Below are positions 48,468 through 60,264 of a DNA stretch of 64,000 nucleotides, one piece after another. This stretch comes from Nitrosopumilus sp. (GTDB taxonomy: Archaea; Thermoproteota; Nitrososphaeria; Nitrososphaerales; Nitrosopumilaceae). Made by a program: the position numbers and the translations under genes. The stretch is taken from assembly GCA_965223425.1 (NCBI GenBank), contig OZ245003.1, positions 64,001 through 128,000 on the forward strand, written 5' to 3'. The notes under the pieces were generated by a model that saw only the letters and a list, made by a program, of their open reading frames with translations, was not told the origin of the DNA and ran no database searches. Position 1 is the first letter of the stretch, and each line of letters opens with the position of its first letter.

Positions 48468-49913
48468 TTAGGCATCTGCATACATTGAGACTTCCCAGGC
48501 TGTAGGGGTTTGTGCAAATGCTGTATATTCTTTGTATTTCAATTCAGAATATTTATCAAGAAAATCCTTTGTAAAAACATCTTCCAAAAATTTCGAATCA
48601 CTTGCTAAAGAGTCAAGTGCTCCTTTCAGAGAAACCGGCAAAGAGCCAATATTGAGTTCACGTTTCTTTTCTGTAGAGAGTTTGTATACGTTTTCTTCTA
48701 TGGGATCACCTGGATCCATTTTATTTTTTATTCCATCCAGACCAGCTAACAGTAATGCGGCTTCTAGTAGATAGATGTTGGCAGTTGGATCAGGTACGCG
48801 ATATTCAAGTCTTTTACTTTTTTCTTGATTTCGATTATACATCGGAACCCGAATTGCAGCAGATCTGTTCCCCAATCCCCAACAAACGTTAACAGGTGCT
48901 TCAAACCCAGGAACAAGACGTTTGTAAGAATTTGTTGTAGGATTTGAAATTGCACATAAAGCTGATGCATGACTTAGGATTCCACCAATATAATATCTTC
49001 CGGTTTGACTCATTTGTGCTATTTCATCATCTTGATCATACATTGCATTTGAGTTGTCATTCCACAGACTTTGATGTGTGTGCATGGCTGATGCGTTATC
49101 GCCAAAAATCGGTTTTGGCATAAAAGTAGCAACTTTATTTTTTCGTTTGGCTTTTACCTTTACCAAATTTTTGACTGCAATTACATTATCTGCCATAACA
49201 ATCATTTCATCATAAACTAGATTGATCTCACATTGACCGGAGGTTGCTACTTCATGATGTTCTGCTTCAATTTTTATTCCAAAATAGCTGTACAGATCAT
49301 CACATACGTCTTTTCTAAATCCCTCAAGTGTATCTTTGGGTTGTGATGGGTAATATCCTTCTTTGATGTCTATTGCAGTACTTACATTTCCTTTAGCCCA
49401 TGGTGATTCTTTAGACTCTATAGAATAACCAGAGCCTCCATAGGAATGAGTTGCAGCATATGGTGACGGATAAACATTGATTGTATCAAATACAAAAAAT
49501 TCTATTTCAGGCCCCCAGTTGGTATGAGTAAATCCAAATTCGTGAAGTTTTTTAGATGCCTTGTGTGCAATTCCCCTAGAATCTCGATTATATCTTGATT
49601 CTTTGCTTGTACTTCCATCATACAGATCACAAAATATTCTTGCATTCTTTCTATTACCTGGATCATAGTCATTTGGCAAAATTTTAAATGAACTTGGATC
49701 AGGCATCAGAATCATATCTGAGTTATTTACTGATTTGAATCCGACAATCGAGCTTGCATCAAGTTTTTCAAGACCGTTTACAAAACTATTTTTATCGATT
49801 GCATAGCTTGGCATTCCAACATTATGAAGTTCACCGAAAATATCCACAAACCAAAAATCAATGAACGAGATATTTTCATCTTGTATAGTCTGTATAACTT
49901 GATCTGGGTTCAA
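48468..49913 (-). CDS. glnA: Glutamine synthetase type I
   Basis: GPEIEFF, HHEVA, FMPKP, NSYKRLVPGFEAP, EYRVPDP. Confidence 0.96.
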   Translation of the reverse strand: MNPDQVIQTIQDENISFIDFWFVDIFGELHNVGMPSYAIDKNSFVNGLEKLDASSIVGFKSVNNSDMILMPDPSSFKILPNDYDPGNRKNARIFCDLYDGSTSKESRYNRDSRGIAHKASKKLHEFGFTHTNWGPEIEFFVFDTINVYPSPYAATHSYGGSGYSIESKESPWAKGNVSTAIDIKEGYYPSQPKDTLEGFRKDVCDDLYSYFGIKIEAEHHEVATSGQCEINLVYDEMIVMADNVIAVKNLVKVKAKRKNKVATFMPKPIFGDNASAMHTHQSLWNDNSNAMYDQDDEIAQMSQTGRYYIGGILSHASALCAISNPTTNSYKRLVPGFEAPVNVCWGLGNRSAAIRVPMYNRNQEKSKRLEYRVPDPTANIYLLEAALLLAGLDGIKNKMDPGDPIEENVYKLSTEKKRELNIGSLPVSLKGALDSLASDSKFLEDVFTKDFLDKYSELKYKEYTAFAQTPTAWEVSMYADA

Positions 49914-49985
49914 TTGATATTTTTGGTGGATTTGTTTACAAATGTTATCTAGTAAGATAGATTTGTCAAGATTGTCATGTAAATT

Positions 49986-51347
49986 CTAGGAATCAGCATT
50001 CTTAGTTGTCTTAGATGCTTTAAAATTCTCCAATTCATCTTCGAAGAAGAATTTTTTGGAAAATGCCGGTTTTAGATCGTCTAACCATATTGCGTTTTCA
50101 TCATATTTAGCAAAAAACAGTTCATGAGCCCAATTAGGATTTCTACCTTGCAAAAATCTCAAAGTTATTACCTTCTGATCATTAATAGCTGAAGTTCCAA
50201 CGACCTGTACTTTTCCTGGAGTTGCAGACATGCTAGGTCCACGAACTGTTCGTGCCAATCCACTTACAGAAGAATATGCCTTGCTGAAAATTTCATATGC
50301 CTTTACTAGAGGAATTCCAAAGTAGTGTTGAGCACCAGTGTCTCTTACCACAAACATGTAGTAAGGAATACAGCCTAGCTGAACTTGTGTGACCCACATT
50401 TTTGCCCACATTTCTGAATCATCATTTATGTGTGCCAAAAGCGGGGATTGCGTTCTAATTTGAGCGCCAGTGTCTATAACTTGTTTAATTGCAGATTTTA
50501 CAGCATCTGTTGTTAATTCATTTAGATGGTTAAAGTGACCCATAAATGCTAGATGCAAACCGCTATCAGTAATTTTTCTGAAAACATCTAACATTTCCTG
50601 TGAATCAGGATCTGTTAGAAATTTGTAAGGCCAGTAAGAAAGAGCTTTTGTTCCGATTCTAATTGTTTTGAGATTTGGAAGTTTGGATTCAACAAGAGCA
50701 TCAATGTATTTTGAAAATATTTTTGCCTTCATAATCATTGGATCACCTCCAGTGAACAATACATCGCTGATTTCTGGATGTTCTGAAACATATTGTACTA
50801 GTTGTTCTCCTTCTTGCATAGCAAATTTCATTTCATCCATTCCAACAAATTGTGGCCACCTAAAACAAAAACTACAATATGCATGACAAGTCTGACTTTG
50901 ACTAGGGAAAAAGAGGCATGTTTCTTTGTATTTATGCTGCATGCCATACAGCTTAGTACCATCTTTTAATGTTGGAACATTTAATTCCATTTGTCCTGCC
51001 GGATGTGGATTTAGTTGCAAACGAATTTCATTTGCAACAGATGCTATTTCTTTTTTATCAGAATCATTTTTTAAAATAGTTTCCATTTTTTTATAATGTT
51101 CTGGTTTTAACATTCCCTTTTGAGGGAATGTTAGAACATACATCGGATCGTGAGGGATGTTGTTCCAATCAATTAATTGTTCGACAACATAGTTGTTTGC
51201 TTTAAAAGGTAACACATTTCCTACAACTTCCATCTCAAATTGAGTTTCTTCAGAAAGATTTTGGATTTGTGGAAGTCGACGGAAATTGGACAATGTATAT
51301 GATTTTAATGATGGTGAATCGTCCCAAACCGATTCTTGGTGGGTCAT
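49986..51347 (-). CDS. KamA-family radical SAM enzyme
   Basis: HKY, CHAYCSFCFR, LFTGGDP, IRIGTK. Confidence 0.9.
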   Translation of the reverse strand: MTHQESVWDDSPSLKSYTLSNFRRLPQIQNLSEETQFEMEVVGNVLPFKANNYVVEQLIDWNNIPHDPMYVLTFPQKGMLKPEHYKKMETILKNDSDKKEIASVANEIRLQLNPHPAGQMELNVPTLKDGTKLYGMQHKYKETCLFFPSQSQTCHAYCSFCFRWPQFVGMDEMKFAMQEGEQLVQYVSEHPEISDVLFTGGDPMIMKAKIFSKYIDALVESKLPNLKTIRIGTKALSYWPYKFLTDPDSQEMLDVFRKITDSGLHLAFMGHFNHLNELTTDAVKSAIKQVIDTGAQIRTQSPLLAHINDDSEMWAKMWVTQVQLGCIPYYMFVVRDTGAQHYFGIPLVKAYEIFSKAYSSVSGLARTVRGPSMSATPGKVQVVGTSAINDQKVITLRFLQGRNPNWAHELFFAKYDENAIWLDDLKPAFSKKFFFEDELENFKASKTTKNADS

Positions 51348-51476
51348 TTAGTAGATAATACGCAAACCCTTGTTAAATGTTGCAGATATCTTACGCACGA
51401 TATTTTTTGAATTTAATGATAATGGGGTTAACCTTTGTATTCTAGAACATGAATTTGATTAGAATGGTGGTTAAAC

Positions 51477-53219
51477 ATGGCTGAGGAAGATTTATCGCAG
51501 ATTTCTGTAGGCGAGTTTGAAACCGTTTCGCAGCTTTTAGCGTCATCTGAGTCACTTCAAATTGCATTTTTTGTAATGATTGTGGGCGTAATTGGAATTG
51601 TTATTGGTTATAGAAAATTTTCATCTTGGGTAGGTTCACAGAAATTTTATTATCAAAAACCACATTGTTCCAGGTTTGTACGGAGAGCTGTTCTTCCATT
51701 TTTTGCAATTGCGTTAATTACTGCAATCAACGTTCACATACAAACTGGTGTTTTGTTAGGAGAGAACCTGTCAATAATGGCAGATAATCATGTATCACCT
51801 CAAGAGACATTTGCAAAGATTCTCAATACTTTTAATATTTTGGTGATTGGTTATACGGTTTCTCATCTTGTTCCAATCGGTCTTACTAAACGTGAGAAGT
51901 CCACCTTGGAAAGAGAGGATTTTGATGCTTGGTTTGAAATGAGGGGGTTTGTCGATGATAAAGACGATCTATTTCATAAATTGTACAAATGGGTTCCACC
52001 AAAGATGATTCCAGAAGATTTTGAGGAGGAAAAGTTCAAGGAAATGCTCAAGACAAGAGAAGGAATGCTGCAGTTGGAACAGTTTCGTACAACAAAAGGA
52101 AATCCAATTGGCGGATATGAAAAATTAGTTGGTAAACCATTTGAAGAATGGAAAAAATCAGAGCGTGTAAAGTATCAGAAATACTTTGAAAACTGCGTTA
52201 CTGGCAATAATCAGTCTGGAAGAAAATTAAAAGCAGGTGCAAAACCTGATGAGATATTTCCAATTGATGTATGGAGGGAGGAAAAAAGAGTGCATGGATA
52301 TGAACCGATAATTCCAAGCTCCCGTCCTTCAGGATACGCAAAAAAGAAAAGAGAAGGAATTCCAAAGTCTGCAAAACAAATTCTTCCAGTGGGAATTTTT
52401 ATTGCAACAGTTTTGGGAGTTGTTGCATGGTGGGGAGTGGACTTGATTGTACTTGCTACAGCTACTGGAGGGTTGGCAATTGGATTAGGTTTAGCATTAC
52501 AAGAAACCATGCAAAATTATTTTGCGTATATCTTCATTCGAAAGGACAAGGTGTTTGGGGAAGGTGATCGTGTAAAACTCGATACGGGATATAATGGCTA
52601 CGTACACAAAATTACGCCTAGAGTGACCTATGTTAGAGATGCATTAAACGAGTCAATGGCAGTGATTCCTACAAGACAGTTAGTTAATGCTCAGGTGGTT
52701 AATTATACAAAGGGAGTAAAGATGGTACCTGCTATTGTAGATGTAGGTGTTTCTTATCTTAATGATCCTAAACAAGTTTCAGCAATTCTTGTAAAAGTTG
52801 GAAAACGTGCAATGAAAGAAGTTGTCGATGGCAAAGGCAGACACCTTATTAGACAAACACGATGTCCGTATTTAAAAAACAACCAACCAAGTTGTGGTTG
52901 TGATAAAGATATTCATGTTGATATAAATCAGCCAGTTGTGAGATTCAACCAATTTAATGACTCCTCATTGAATTTTTCATTATGGGTTTACGTTAGAGAT
53001 TACGGTGCACAATTCAAAACTAAAACAGACATGAGAATAATCATGTATGAAGAGTTCAAGAGATATGATATCAGAATCCCATGGCCAATTAGAACGGTAT
53101 ACCAAGGAGATGAAAAACGCGAACAGGAAGAGATCGACAAGCTAAGGAAGCAGAGAGACGGGGTTATTGATGAATACGGCGTAGGCGATCTTGGCCGTGG
53201 TAGTAATGAAGATGAATGA
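51477..53219 (+). CDS. MscS mechanosensitive channel family protein
   Basis: GLALQET..NYF, GDRV, C-terminal IRIPWP. Confidence 0.9.
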   Translation: MAEEDLSQISVGEFETVSQLLASSESLQIAFFVMIVGVIGIVIGYRKFSSWVGSQKFYYQKPHCSRFVRRAVLPFFAIALITAINVHIQTGVLLGENLSIMADNHVSPQETFAKILNTFNILVIGYTVSHLVPIGLTKREKSTLEREDFDAWFEMRGFVDDKDDLFHKLYKWVPPKMIPEDFEEEKFKEMLKTREGMLQLEQFRTTKGNPIGGYEKLVGKPFEEWKKSERVKYQKYFENCVTGNNQSGRKLKAGAKPDEIFPIDVWREEKRVHGYEPIIPSSRPSGYAKKKREGIPKSAKQILPVGIFIATVLGVVAWWGVDLIVLATATGGLAIGLGLALQETMQNYFAYIFIRKDKVFGEGDRVKLDTGYNGYVHKITPRVTYVRDALNESMAVIPTRQLVNAQVVNYTKGVKMVPAIVDVGVSYLNDPKQVSAILVKVGKRAMKEVVDGKGRHLIRQTRCPYLKNNQPSCGCDKDIHVDINQPVVRFNQFNDSSLNFSLWVYVRDYGAQFKTKTDMRIIMYEEFKRYDIRIPWPIRTVYQGDEKREQEEIDKLRKQRDGVIDEYGVGDLGRGSNEDE

Positions 53220-53261
53220 TCTTCTCAAAACTTAAGAATCCCATTAAATCACATTTTCTTA

Positions 53262-54137
53262 TTGAATAAACTATCAGTAATTGCCGGAAAATCTTCAGAA
53301 GACTTGGCAAGAAAGTTGTCTGGAAAGATAAAAGCAAATCTTATAAAATCACAAGTTAGAATTTTTGCCGATGGAGAAAGTAAGATTACGCTTAGCGGAG
53401 ATCTATCCAAAAGAAAAACCATTGTTGTACAGTCGATTTATCCCCCTGTTGATACCAATCTGGTTCAAGCATTATCATTAATTTCAAAAGCCAAGGAAAA
53501 ATCATCCGAGGTAATTGCAGTGATTCCATACATGGGATATGCAAGACAAGATAGAGAATTTTTACCAGGAGAGATTGTTACAATGAAAGTTCTTGGCAAA
53601 TTGTTTAAAGGAGCAGGCGCATCAAAAATTATCGCAGTCGATATTCACAGCATTATTGGACTCAAACACTTTGCTATAAAAACAAAAAATGTAACTGCAA
53701 TTCCAGACTTGGTAAAACATTTCAAAAAATTGAGCCTAAGAAATCCTTTGGCGGTCTCCCCTGATCAGGGTGGAAAAGATAGAGCAAGAGAATTTGCAAA
53801 AGAATTTGATTCAGAATACATTGCTTTAGAGAAAAAAAGAGACAGAAAAACAGGTAAAGTGAAAATTAAAACAAAAAATACAGATGTCGTTAATAGGGAT
53901 CTTATTTTAGTTGATGACATGATAAGTACGGGAGGAAGCATAATCAAGGCAACACAGTTTCTTAAAAAACAAAAATGTAAGAGGGTCTATGTTGCATGTA
54001 CACATGCTCTTTTAATGAATAATGCTGAAAAGAAAATAAGAAAAGCAGGAGTTACAAGTATTGTTACTGCAAATACAATTCCCGGTAAAACATCAATAGT
54101 AGATGTTTCTAGTACAATTGCAAAGGCAATAGTGTAA
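53262..54137 (+). CDS. prs: Ribose-phosphate pyrophosphokinase
   Basis: FADGE, PYMGYARQDR, VDDMISTGGS. Confidence 0.95.
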   Translation: MNKLSVIAGKSSEDLARKLSGKIKANLIKSQVRIFADGESKITLSGDLSKRKTIVVQSIYPPVDTNLVQALSLISKAKEKSSEVIAVIPYMGYARQDREFLPGEIVTMKVLGKLFKGAGASKIIAVDIHSIIGLKHFAIKTKNVTAIPDLVKHFKKLSLRNPLAVSPDQGGKDRAREFAKEFDSEYIALEKKRDRKTGKVKIKTKNTDVVNRDLILVDDMISTGGSIIKATQFLKKQKCKRVYVACTHALLMNNAEKKIRKAGVTSIVTANTIPGKTSIVDVSSTIAKAIV

Positions 54138-55084
54138 TGCCAGAAAGTTTTTTTATTTTATCTAAAGATTATCTGGAACTTGCAAGTAATGAGATAGCTT
54201 CCATAGCAAAAATGTATGATAAATTTGCTAAAATTAAAATAATTTCTAATTTGATAATTATTCAATCAAAAACAAGTTGGATTAAAATTGCTAAACGTGC
54301 ATCATTTGTCAAGGTTTCCGGACAAATATTACGAAAGATGTCAGGATTGTTTTTAGACGAAGATAATTTTAAGGTATTAAAAAATGCTAAAACATTTAGC
54401 TGTAGAATAATTAATCTATCATCAAAGGAATTCAATGTTCCAGAATTAGAAAATTCTATGGGAGACATGATATCAAAATTCTCTCATGCAAAAGTAAGAT
54501 TAGATGATCCTGACATCACTGTATATCTAATCTTTACTGATAAGGAGAGTTTTTTTGGATTTTCAAAACGAATTAAAAAAGAAGATAGGCCAAAAAAGAT
54601 CAAAAATCATCCTCATGAACTAGATTGGAAACTAACTAGACTCATGATAAATTTGACTGGGTTAAAAGAAGGAGAGACCGTATGTGATCCATTTTGTGGT
54701 ACTGGCACTACTCTGCTAGAGGCCGAATCTATGGGAATTCATGGGATTGGCTTTGATTTTGATGAAAAAATGTACAACATTTCAAAAGAAAATCTCAAGG
54801 CAAATGGGTATAAATCAAAGATTTTCAAGTCAGATTTCCAAGAATTATCTAAAATCTCTGGAAAATTTGATGGAGTTGTCACGGATTTGCCATATGGAAG
54901 AGCGTCAAAATCGTCAGAAAAACCCGAAGAGATACTGAAGAAGTTTTTCTCAATCATGCCCAGACATAAGAGAATGGCAATTATGTACAAAAAAGAATTT
55001 GATAGAAATTTGAAGCTAGATGGATTAAAGAAATACAAAATCTATAGGCATAAAAGCTTGACTAGGACAATTTTGATTAAATGA
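54137..55084 (+). CDS. THUMP-domain tRNA methyltransferase (Trm11/TrmG10-like)
   Basis: [21 protein letters not shown]. Confidence 0.85.
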   Translation: MPESFFILSKDYLELASNEIASIAKMYDKFAKIKIISNLIIIQSKTSWIKIAKRASFVKVSGQILRKMSGLFLDEDNFKVLKNAKTFSCRIINLSSKEFNVPELENSMGDMISKFSHAKVRLDDPDITVYLIFTDKESFFGFSKRIKKEDRPKKIKNHPHELDWKLTRLMINLTGLKEGETVCDPFCGTGTTLLEAESMGIHGIGFDFDEKMYNISKENLKANGYKSKIFKSDFQELSKISGKFDGVVTDLPYGRASKSSEKPEEILKKFFSIMPRHKRMAIMYKKEFDRNLKLDGLKKYKIYRHKSLTRTILIK

Positions 55085-55980
55085 AACTTGTATTCTTAGG
55101 AACATCAGCAGCACAACCAACTGAGAGTAGGGGGTTATCGTGTATTTGTTTAGAAAGAGAGGGAGAAATTATGATGTTTGATGCAGGTGAGGCTGCACAG
55201 ATTTCCTACATGAAATCAGGTTTGGGATGGAATAAAAAGATGAAAATTTTTGTTTCACATCTTCATGGAGATCATTGTTTAGGAATTCTTGGATTATTAC
55301 AAACAATGTCAATGCAAAATAGAACTGAGAGCATAGAAATCTTCGGTCCAAGTGGAATTGATGAATTTATTGCGGCAAATATAAAAATATTAAATTTTGG
55401 ATTATCATTTTCTGTTTTAATTAATATCATAAAAGAAGGAAAAATATTTGAAGACGAAAAATTTTCAATACATGCATGTAAAGCTAGCCACTCAGTCACA
55501 TCATTTTCATATAGGTTTGAAGAGAAAGATAAGCCTGGACGATTTAATGTTGAAAAAGCTAAAGAATTAGGCATACCAGAAGGAGAATTATGGAATAGAT
55601 TACAGAACGGAAAAGAAATTATCATTAATGCAGAAACAATAAAACCAGAACAAGTATTAGGAGAAAAACGTTCAGGAAAAAAAATAGGAATTTCAGGCGA
55701 TACAATGCCAACAAAAGAATTAGAAGAATTTTTTGCCGGGTGTGATTTTCTTGTATTTGATTCAACATTTCTTGAAAAAGAAAAAGAAAAAGCACAAGAT
55801 GCATATCATTCTACTGCAAAACAAGCTGCAACTTTAGGAAAAAATGCAAATGTAAAAAATTTAGTTCTGACACATTTTTCAGCTAGATACAAAGATGAGA
55901 CTGAGCATTTGAAGGAAGCACAGCAGATTCATAATTCGGTAATAGCTGCAAAAGATCTATTAGAAATAGAAATCAAATGA
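55081..55980 (+). CDS. rnz: Ribonuclease Z
   Basis: [25 protein letters not shown]. Confidence 0.95.
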   Translation: MKLVFLGTSAAQPTESRGLSCICLEREGEIMMFDAGEAAQISYMKSGLGWNKKMKIFVSHLHGDHCLGILGLLQTMSMQNRTESIEIFGPSGIDEFIAANIKILNFGLSFSVLINIIKEGKIFEDEKFSIHACKASHSVTSFSYRFEEKDKPGRFNVEKAKELGIPEGELWNRLQNGKEIIINAETIKPEQVLGEKRSGKKIGISGDTMPTKELEEFFAGCDFLVFDSTFLEKEKEKAQDAYHSTAKQAATLGKNANVKNLVLTHFSARYKDETEHLKEAQQIHNSVIAAKDLLEIEIK

Positions 55981-56705
55981 AAATGTTTGAATCAATTAAA
56001 GATAAAATAAAAGATGTCAGAAAAATTGTGTTTGTGACGGGAGCTGGAATTTCACAAGAGAGTGGAATTCCCACATTTAGAGGAAAAGATGGATTATGGA
56101 GAAATTACGACGCAATGAAATTGGCAACTATTGATGCTTTTTACAGCAATCCAGAACTGGTATGGGAATGGTACAATGAGAGACGAAAAAATATCTTTTC
56201 AGCAGAACCAAATCTTGGTCACAAGGCTATTGCTGAACTTGAAAAATATGCCCAGATTGTGGTTTTGACGCAGAATATTGATGGACTTCATCAACAAGCT
56301 GGTAGTTCAAAGGTGTTGGAATTGCATGGAAGTATAGTGAAAATCAGGTGTACAGTGTGCGATTTTAAAGATGAGACAATGACTGAATTTTCTAAAATCC
56401 CACCTCTATGTAAGTGTGGAAATATACTTAGGCCAGATGTAGTCTGGTTTGGAGAACCATTACCACAAGATGTATGGCAAGAATCTATAGTTTTTGCAAG
56501 TCAATGTGATTTGATGGTAATTGCTGGTACATCTCTTGTTGTATCACCTGCAAATACACTACCAATTTATGCAAAACAAAATAATGCAATTTTGATTGAA
56601 GTGAATCCAGATAACACTGAGATGTCATCAGAGATGAATTTAGTTATAAGAGATACTAGTGCAGCAGTATTACCTGAATTTGTTTCAATGTTTAGAGAAA
56701 ATTAA
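55977..56705 (+). CDS. cobB: Sir2-family NAD-dependent deacylase
   Basis: [35 protein letters not shown]. Confidence 0.95.
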   Translation: MKMFESIKDKIKDVRKIVFVTGAGISQESGIPTFRGKDGLWRNYDAMKLATIDAFYSNPELVWEWYNERRKNIFSAEPNLGHKAIAELEKYAQIVVLTQNIDGLHQQAGSSKVLELHGSIVKIRCTVCDFKDETMTEFSKIPPLCKCGNILRPDVVWFGEPLPQDVWQESIVFASQCDLMVIAGTSLVVSPANTLPIYAKQNNAILIEVNPDNTEMSSEMNLVIRDTSAAVLPEFVSMFREN

Positions 56706-56938
56706 ATTATGATTGTAGAAATACGCCATTAATGTTTGTATCAGAAGCATCTCCAAGATTATGCACTGGGGATGTAATTGCACCATAATCTTCATGATCA
56801 GCAGTCATATCCATAAAATAAGGAAACGTGTGCAGCATCATTTACGGTAGCTTCAAACATTGAAGAGTAAAATGTGCCTGAAAAAAGTTCTTTTTGCCCG
56901 GTTAAGTACAACTTGAACGCTTGGTTTTTTGACTGGAA

Positions 56939-57295
56939 TCAGAATCCTGTAAAAATATTTTTAATTGATTCAATAGGATCAAAATTCGAAATTTCTTCAG
57001 TAATAGTTTGTTGAGATGATTCTTTTATTTCAGATATTTCATTATAGATCTTATTTCCAGTTTCACTAATTTCATTAGTTACAGCATTGCTTGTATTGTC
57101 CGTTATTTTATCAATTGATTCATCTATTCGTTGTTCAACAGAATCTGATGCTTTAGCACTAAAATTGGTTACATCCTCCTTTAAAGAGTCAATTACAGTA
57201 CCAGAAGTGTTAGGAAACAAAGTATCGATTTCATTTGAGAATATCATTCCTCCCAAGATCACAATGCCTGCAATTATGCCTAATTTTATGAACAT
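56939..57295 (-). CDS. Membrane-anchored hypothetical protein
   Basis: N-terminal TM helix, acidic helical tail. Confidence 0.65.
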   Translation of the reverse strand: MFIKLGIIAGIVILGGMIFSNEIDTLFPNTSGTVIDSLKEDVTNFSAKASDSVEQRIDESIDKITDNTSNAVTNEISETGNKIYNEISEIKESSQQTITEEISNFDPIESIKNIFTGF

Positions 57296-57369
57296 CTAGT
57301 AATAATTCTAAAAAATGAATTTTAGATTCAAACTTAAAAAAATACTCAAAGATGATTGAATTTTCTTAG

Positions 57370-57786
57370 CTAAGTTTCATACTCTTTAGATGTCATCCAG
57401 TCAATAATTCTATCAATTTTTGATGAGGTAAGAACCACCTTAATTGGTCCTAAAGGAGATTCATCTGCATTTTCACAAATTGCTATTTTTTCAACAAAAG
57501 CAGCTTGTTTGTTTAGATAAAACCAAGTAGTATTATTTTCTAAATTTTGTTCAAGATTACGCCTATAGATTTTTTGAGATTTTCTTGCATGAATTGTTTC
57601 ATAAATTTTTTCAGAGGATTTCAAATCTTTGGATTGTCCATTAATTGAAAAACTTTCGGTGGCAATAGTTGAGTATGGAAAAATATTTGAGATAGCTTTT
57701 TTTATTTTGTCTGAATCTTCAGAAGACTTTACTGAGCTGAACATCTCTATTTTGCAGTCAATGTTTGGGATATTCATTCTATCCAA
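57370..57786 (-). CDS. UPF0201/DUF54 putative RNA-binding protein
   Basis: SEDSDKIKKAISNIFP, LNKQAAF, ESPLGPI. Confidence 0.85.
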   Translation of the reverse strand: MDRMNIPNIDCKIEMFSSVKSSEDSDKIKKAISNIFPYSTIATESFSINGQSKDLKSSEKIYETIHARKSQKIYRRNLEQNLENNTTWFYLNKQAAFVEKIAICENADESPLGPIKVVLTSSKIDRIIDWMTSKEYET

Positions 57787-58322
57787 CTTTGAATAATTTG
57801 AAATGCTGATTCAACAAGTTCATCTTTTGTTAAACCGGTATTAGATATTGCATCATCAGATAGTGCAATTGGATTACTAATTCCAACACCTAATTCACGA
57901 CTATCTCTTTCTACGAAATGATCTTTTGTTTGAGGATCATCTGATCGTCCTCGTTTTTGTAAGAAATCAAATCTAGTATCTGTTGATGCATGAATAGCAA
58001 GTAATTTTACATTATCAAATTTTCTAAGTACTTGTATCTCATCAATTGATCTTATTCCATCAACTAAGATCACGTTAGCTGAAGATGATTCTATTTTTGG
58101 TTTAATTAGTTCTGCAACAGCACCAAGACCATTTTTTTCTCTAAGTTCTAGCATTAATTTTCCAAGATTTGATCTTGATGGTTCTAAGTTCTGTTTTGTT
58201 GCCTCCTCCCTAACAGCATTTCCCATATTGATTACATCATATCCTTTTGATTTGAGTCCGTCAGCAATTGTAGATTTTCCAGCTCCAGGCATGCCTGTTA
58301 GGCATACAATTAGTTTTGTCAA
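57774..58322 (-). CDS. UPF0200 dephospho-CoA-kinase-like P-loop protein
   Basis: GMPGAGKST, VDGIRS, RGRSDDP, RDSRELGVG. Confidence 0.88.
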   Translation of the reverse strand: MTKLIVCLTGMPGAGKSTIADGLKSKGYDVINMGNAVREEATKQNLEPSRSNLGKLMLELREKNGLGAVAELIKPKIESSSANVILVDGIRSIDEIQVLRKFDNVKLLAIHASTDTRFDFLQKRGRSDDPQTKDHFVERDSRELGVGISNPIALSDDAISNTGLTKDELVESAFQIIQSWIE

Positions 58323-58393
58323 TACATATCAAAAAAAAGTCTGCTCTATGAAGCTACCGGAAATTATTATAAAGATGCACCAAAGAATGTTAT

Positions 58394-58936
58394 ATGCGAA
58401 CTTTTGTGGCAGTTGAAATCTCAAATAGTAATGTAATTAATTCCATAAGAAAATTTCAGGATGAAATAAACATTAGTGTAAAACCAGTAGAATCCAGAAA
58501 CTTTCATTTTACACTACAATTCTTAGGCGAGATCTCGGATGAAATTGCCCAAAAAATCATTCAGGCGCTTCGTACAATTGAGTTTTCAAGCTTTGCTGTT
58601 TATTTGAAAGGGGTTGGTGCATTTCCCAAGGCAAAATTTCCTAGAGTCGTTTGGGTTGGAACAGACGATGAAGGGGGCAATATGCTTGCTCAGTTATCAA
58701 AAAGGGTTGAAAAAGCATTAGAGCCATTGGGGGTTTTTTCAGACAAGCCATTTAAACCTCATATCACAGTATTTAGAATTAAAAAGAAGATAGGAGACAT
58801 AACAAAAGAATTGGATAAGCAACAAACTGTAGATTTTGGAAAACAAGAAGTTACTAAAATAAAATTTAAAAAAAGTGAACTTACACCAAATGGACCAATA
58901 TATTCTGACTTGGAGGAAATTGATGCAATAAAATGA
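58394..58936 (+). CDS. thpR: RNA 2',3'-cyclic phosphodiesterase (2H family)
   Basis: HFTLQFLG and FKPHITV motifs. Confidence 0.92.
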   Translation: MRTFVAVEISNSNVINSIRKFQDEINISVKPVESRNFHFTLQFLGEISDEIAQKIIQALRTIEFSSFAVYLKGVGAFPKAKFPRVVWVGTDDEGGNMLAQLSKRVEKALEPLGVFSDKPFKPHITVFRIKKKIGDITKELDKQQTVDFGKQEVTKIKFKKSELTPNGPIYSDLEEIDAIK

Positions 58937-60264
58937 AAGATATTATTTCTAAAGTTACCAAAACTGTCATTCCATCAAAAACAGTGGAAAAATCAAAAAA
59001 ACATATTGCTGAATCTGCATTTAAGCTAGTTGAAAAAGAAGTTAAAAAATTTCCAGAAGTAATAGGATTGGAATTTGGCGGTTCATTTGCAAAAGGAACT
59101 TGGTTATCAAAAGATGCAGATGTAGATATTTTTCTTAGGTTCAAGAAATCAACATCAGAAGAAAAATTTGAAAAAATTTCAAGAGAGATCGGTTTCAAAT
59201 CACTAAAAAAACACAAGCCCTATGTGAGATATTCAGAACATCCCTATGTTGAGGCTAAAATCAAGGATACTATGATCAATATAGTTCCATTTTATGATGT
59301 AAAAATTGGCAATTGGAAAAGCTCTGCAGATAGATCTACATTTCATACAAAATTTATGAAAAAATCACTAACATCAGAAATGAAAAATGAAGTTAGAATT
59401 CTGAAAACATTTCTTAAGGCAAATGGAGTCTATGGAGCAGAAATTGCAAAACAAGGTTTTAGTGGTTATGTCTCAGAAGTACTAGTCTTACATTTTGGAA
59501 GTTTTGAAAAAGTAATTAAATCAATATCAGAAATTAAGGAAAAGAAAATCATTGGAGACACTTCAAAGAAATTTGAAACTTCAGTAGTAATCATAGATCC
59601 TGTCGATAAGAATAGGAATTTAGCTGCAGCAATTTCTGATGAAAATCTAGGAAAGTTTATTCTATCATCTATAGCATTTAAAGAAAAACCTAGCCTAGGA
59701 TTTTTCAAGAATAAAAAATCCAGAATATCAGAGGAATATTCAGAAAATTTGTTGGTAGTAAAATTTGAATTTAAAATTAGAAGTCCGGATATAATTTGGG
59801 GACAGATTAAGAGAGTCACTTCATCATTGTCTACCCAGTTAGAGTTAGGAGGGTTTAATGTGCTACGAAGCAAGTCTCATACAGACCAACAAAAAGAAGC
59901 CTATCTCTTTTTCTTATTGGAATCTATAAAAATTCCTAGCATACATCAAAAAAATGGACCAGAGTTTTTCAGAGAAAATAGTTCCAAGAGGTTTATTTCT
60001 AAAAATCTGAAAGATTTAGAATTGATGTGGATTGGAAACAATAAAAAAATAATTTCGTTAGAAAAGAGAAAACATGCAGATGCTGCCAAATTCATGACAG
60101 AATTTTTGAAGAATAATATTCAGACAGGCATGCCAAAAGGTCTTTTGAATGATTTCAAACGAGGTTTCAAAGTTTCGGTGGGAGACAAAAATTTAAGCAA
60201 ATCAATTAAAGAGGCTGCAGATGAATTGATTTCAACAGATGGTACACTCCTTTATTTCAATTAA
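58933..60264 (+). CDS. cca: Archaeal CCA-adding enzyme
   Basis: GGSFAKGTWL..DADVD, YSEHPYV, GFSGYVSE, DPVDKNRN. Confidence 0.95.
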   Translation: MKDIISKVTKTVIPSKTVEKSKKHIAESAFKLVEKEVKKFPEVIGLEFGGSFAKGTWLSKDADVDIFLRFKKSTSEEKFEKISREIGFKSLKKHKPYVRYSEHPYVEAKIKDTMINIVPFYDVKIGNWKSSADRSTFHTKFMKKSLTSEMKNEVRILKTFLKANGVYGAEIAKQGFSGYVSEVLVLHFGSFEKVIKSISEIKEKKIIGDTSKKFETSVVIIDPVDKNRNLAAAISDENLGKFILSSIAFKEKPSLGFFKNKKSRISEEYSENLLVVKFEFKIRSPDIIWGQIKRVTSSLSTQLELGGFNVLRSKSHTDQQKEAYLFFLLESIKIPSIHQKNGPEFFRENSSKRFISKNLKDLELMWIGNNKKIISLEKRKHADAAKFMTEFLKNNIQTGMPKGLLNDFKRGFKVSVGDKNLSKSIKEAADELISTDGTLLYFN

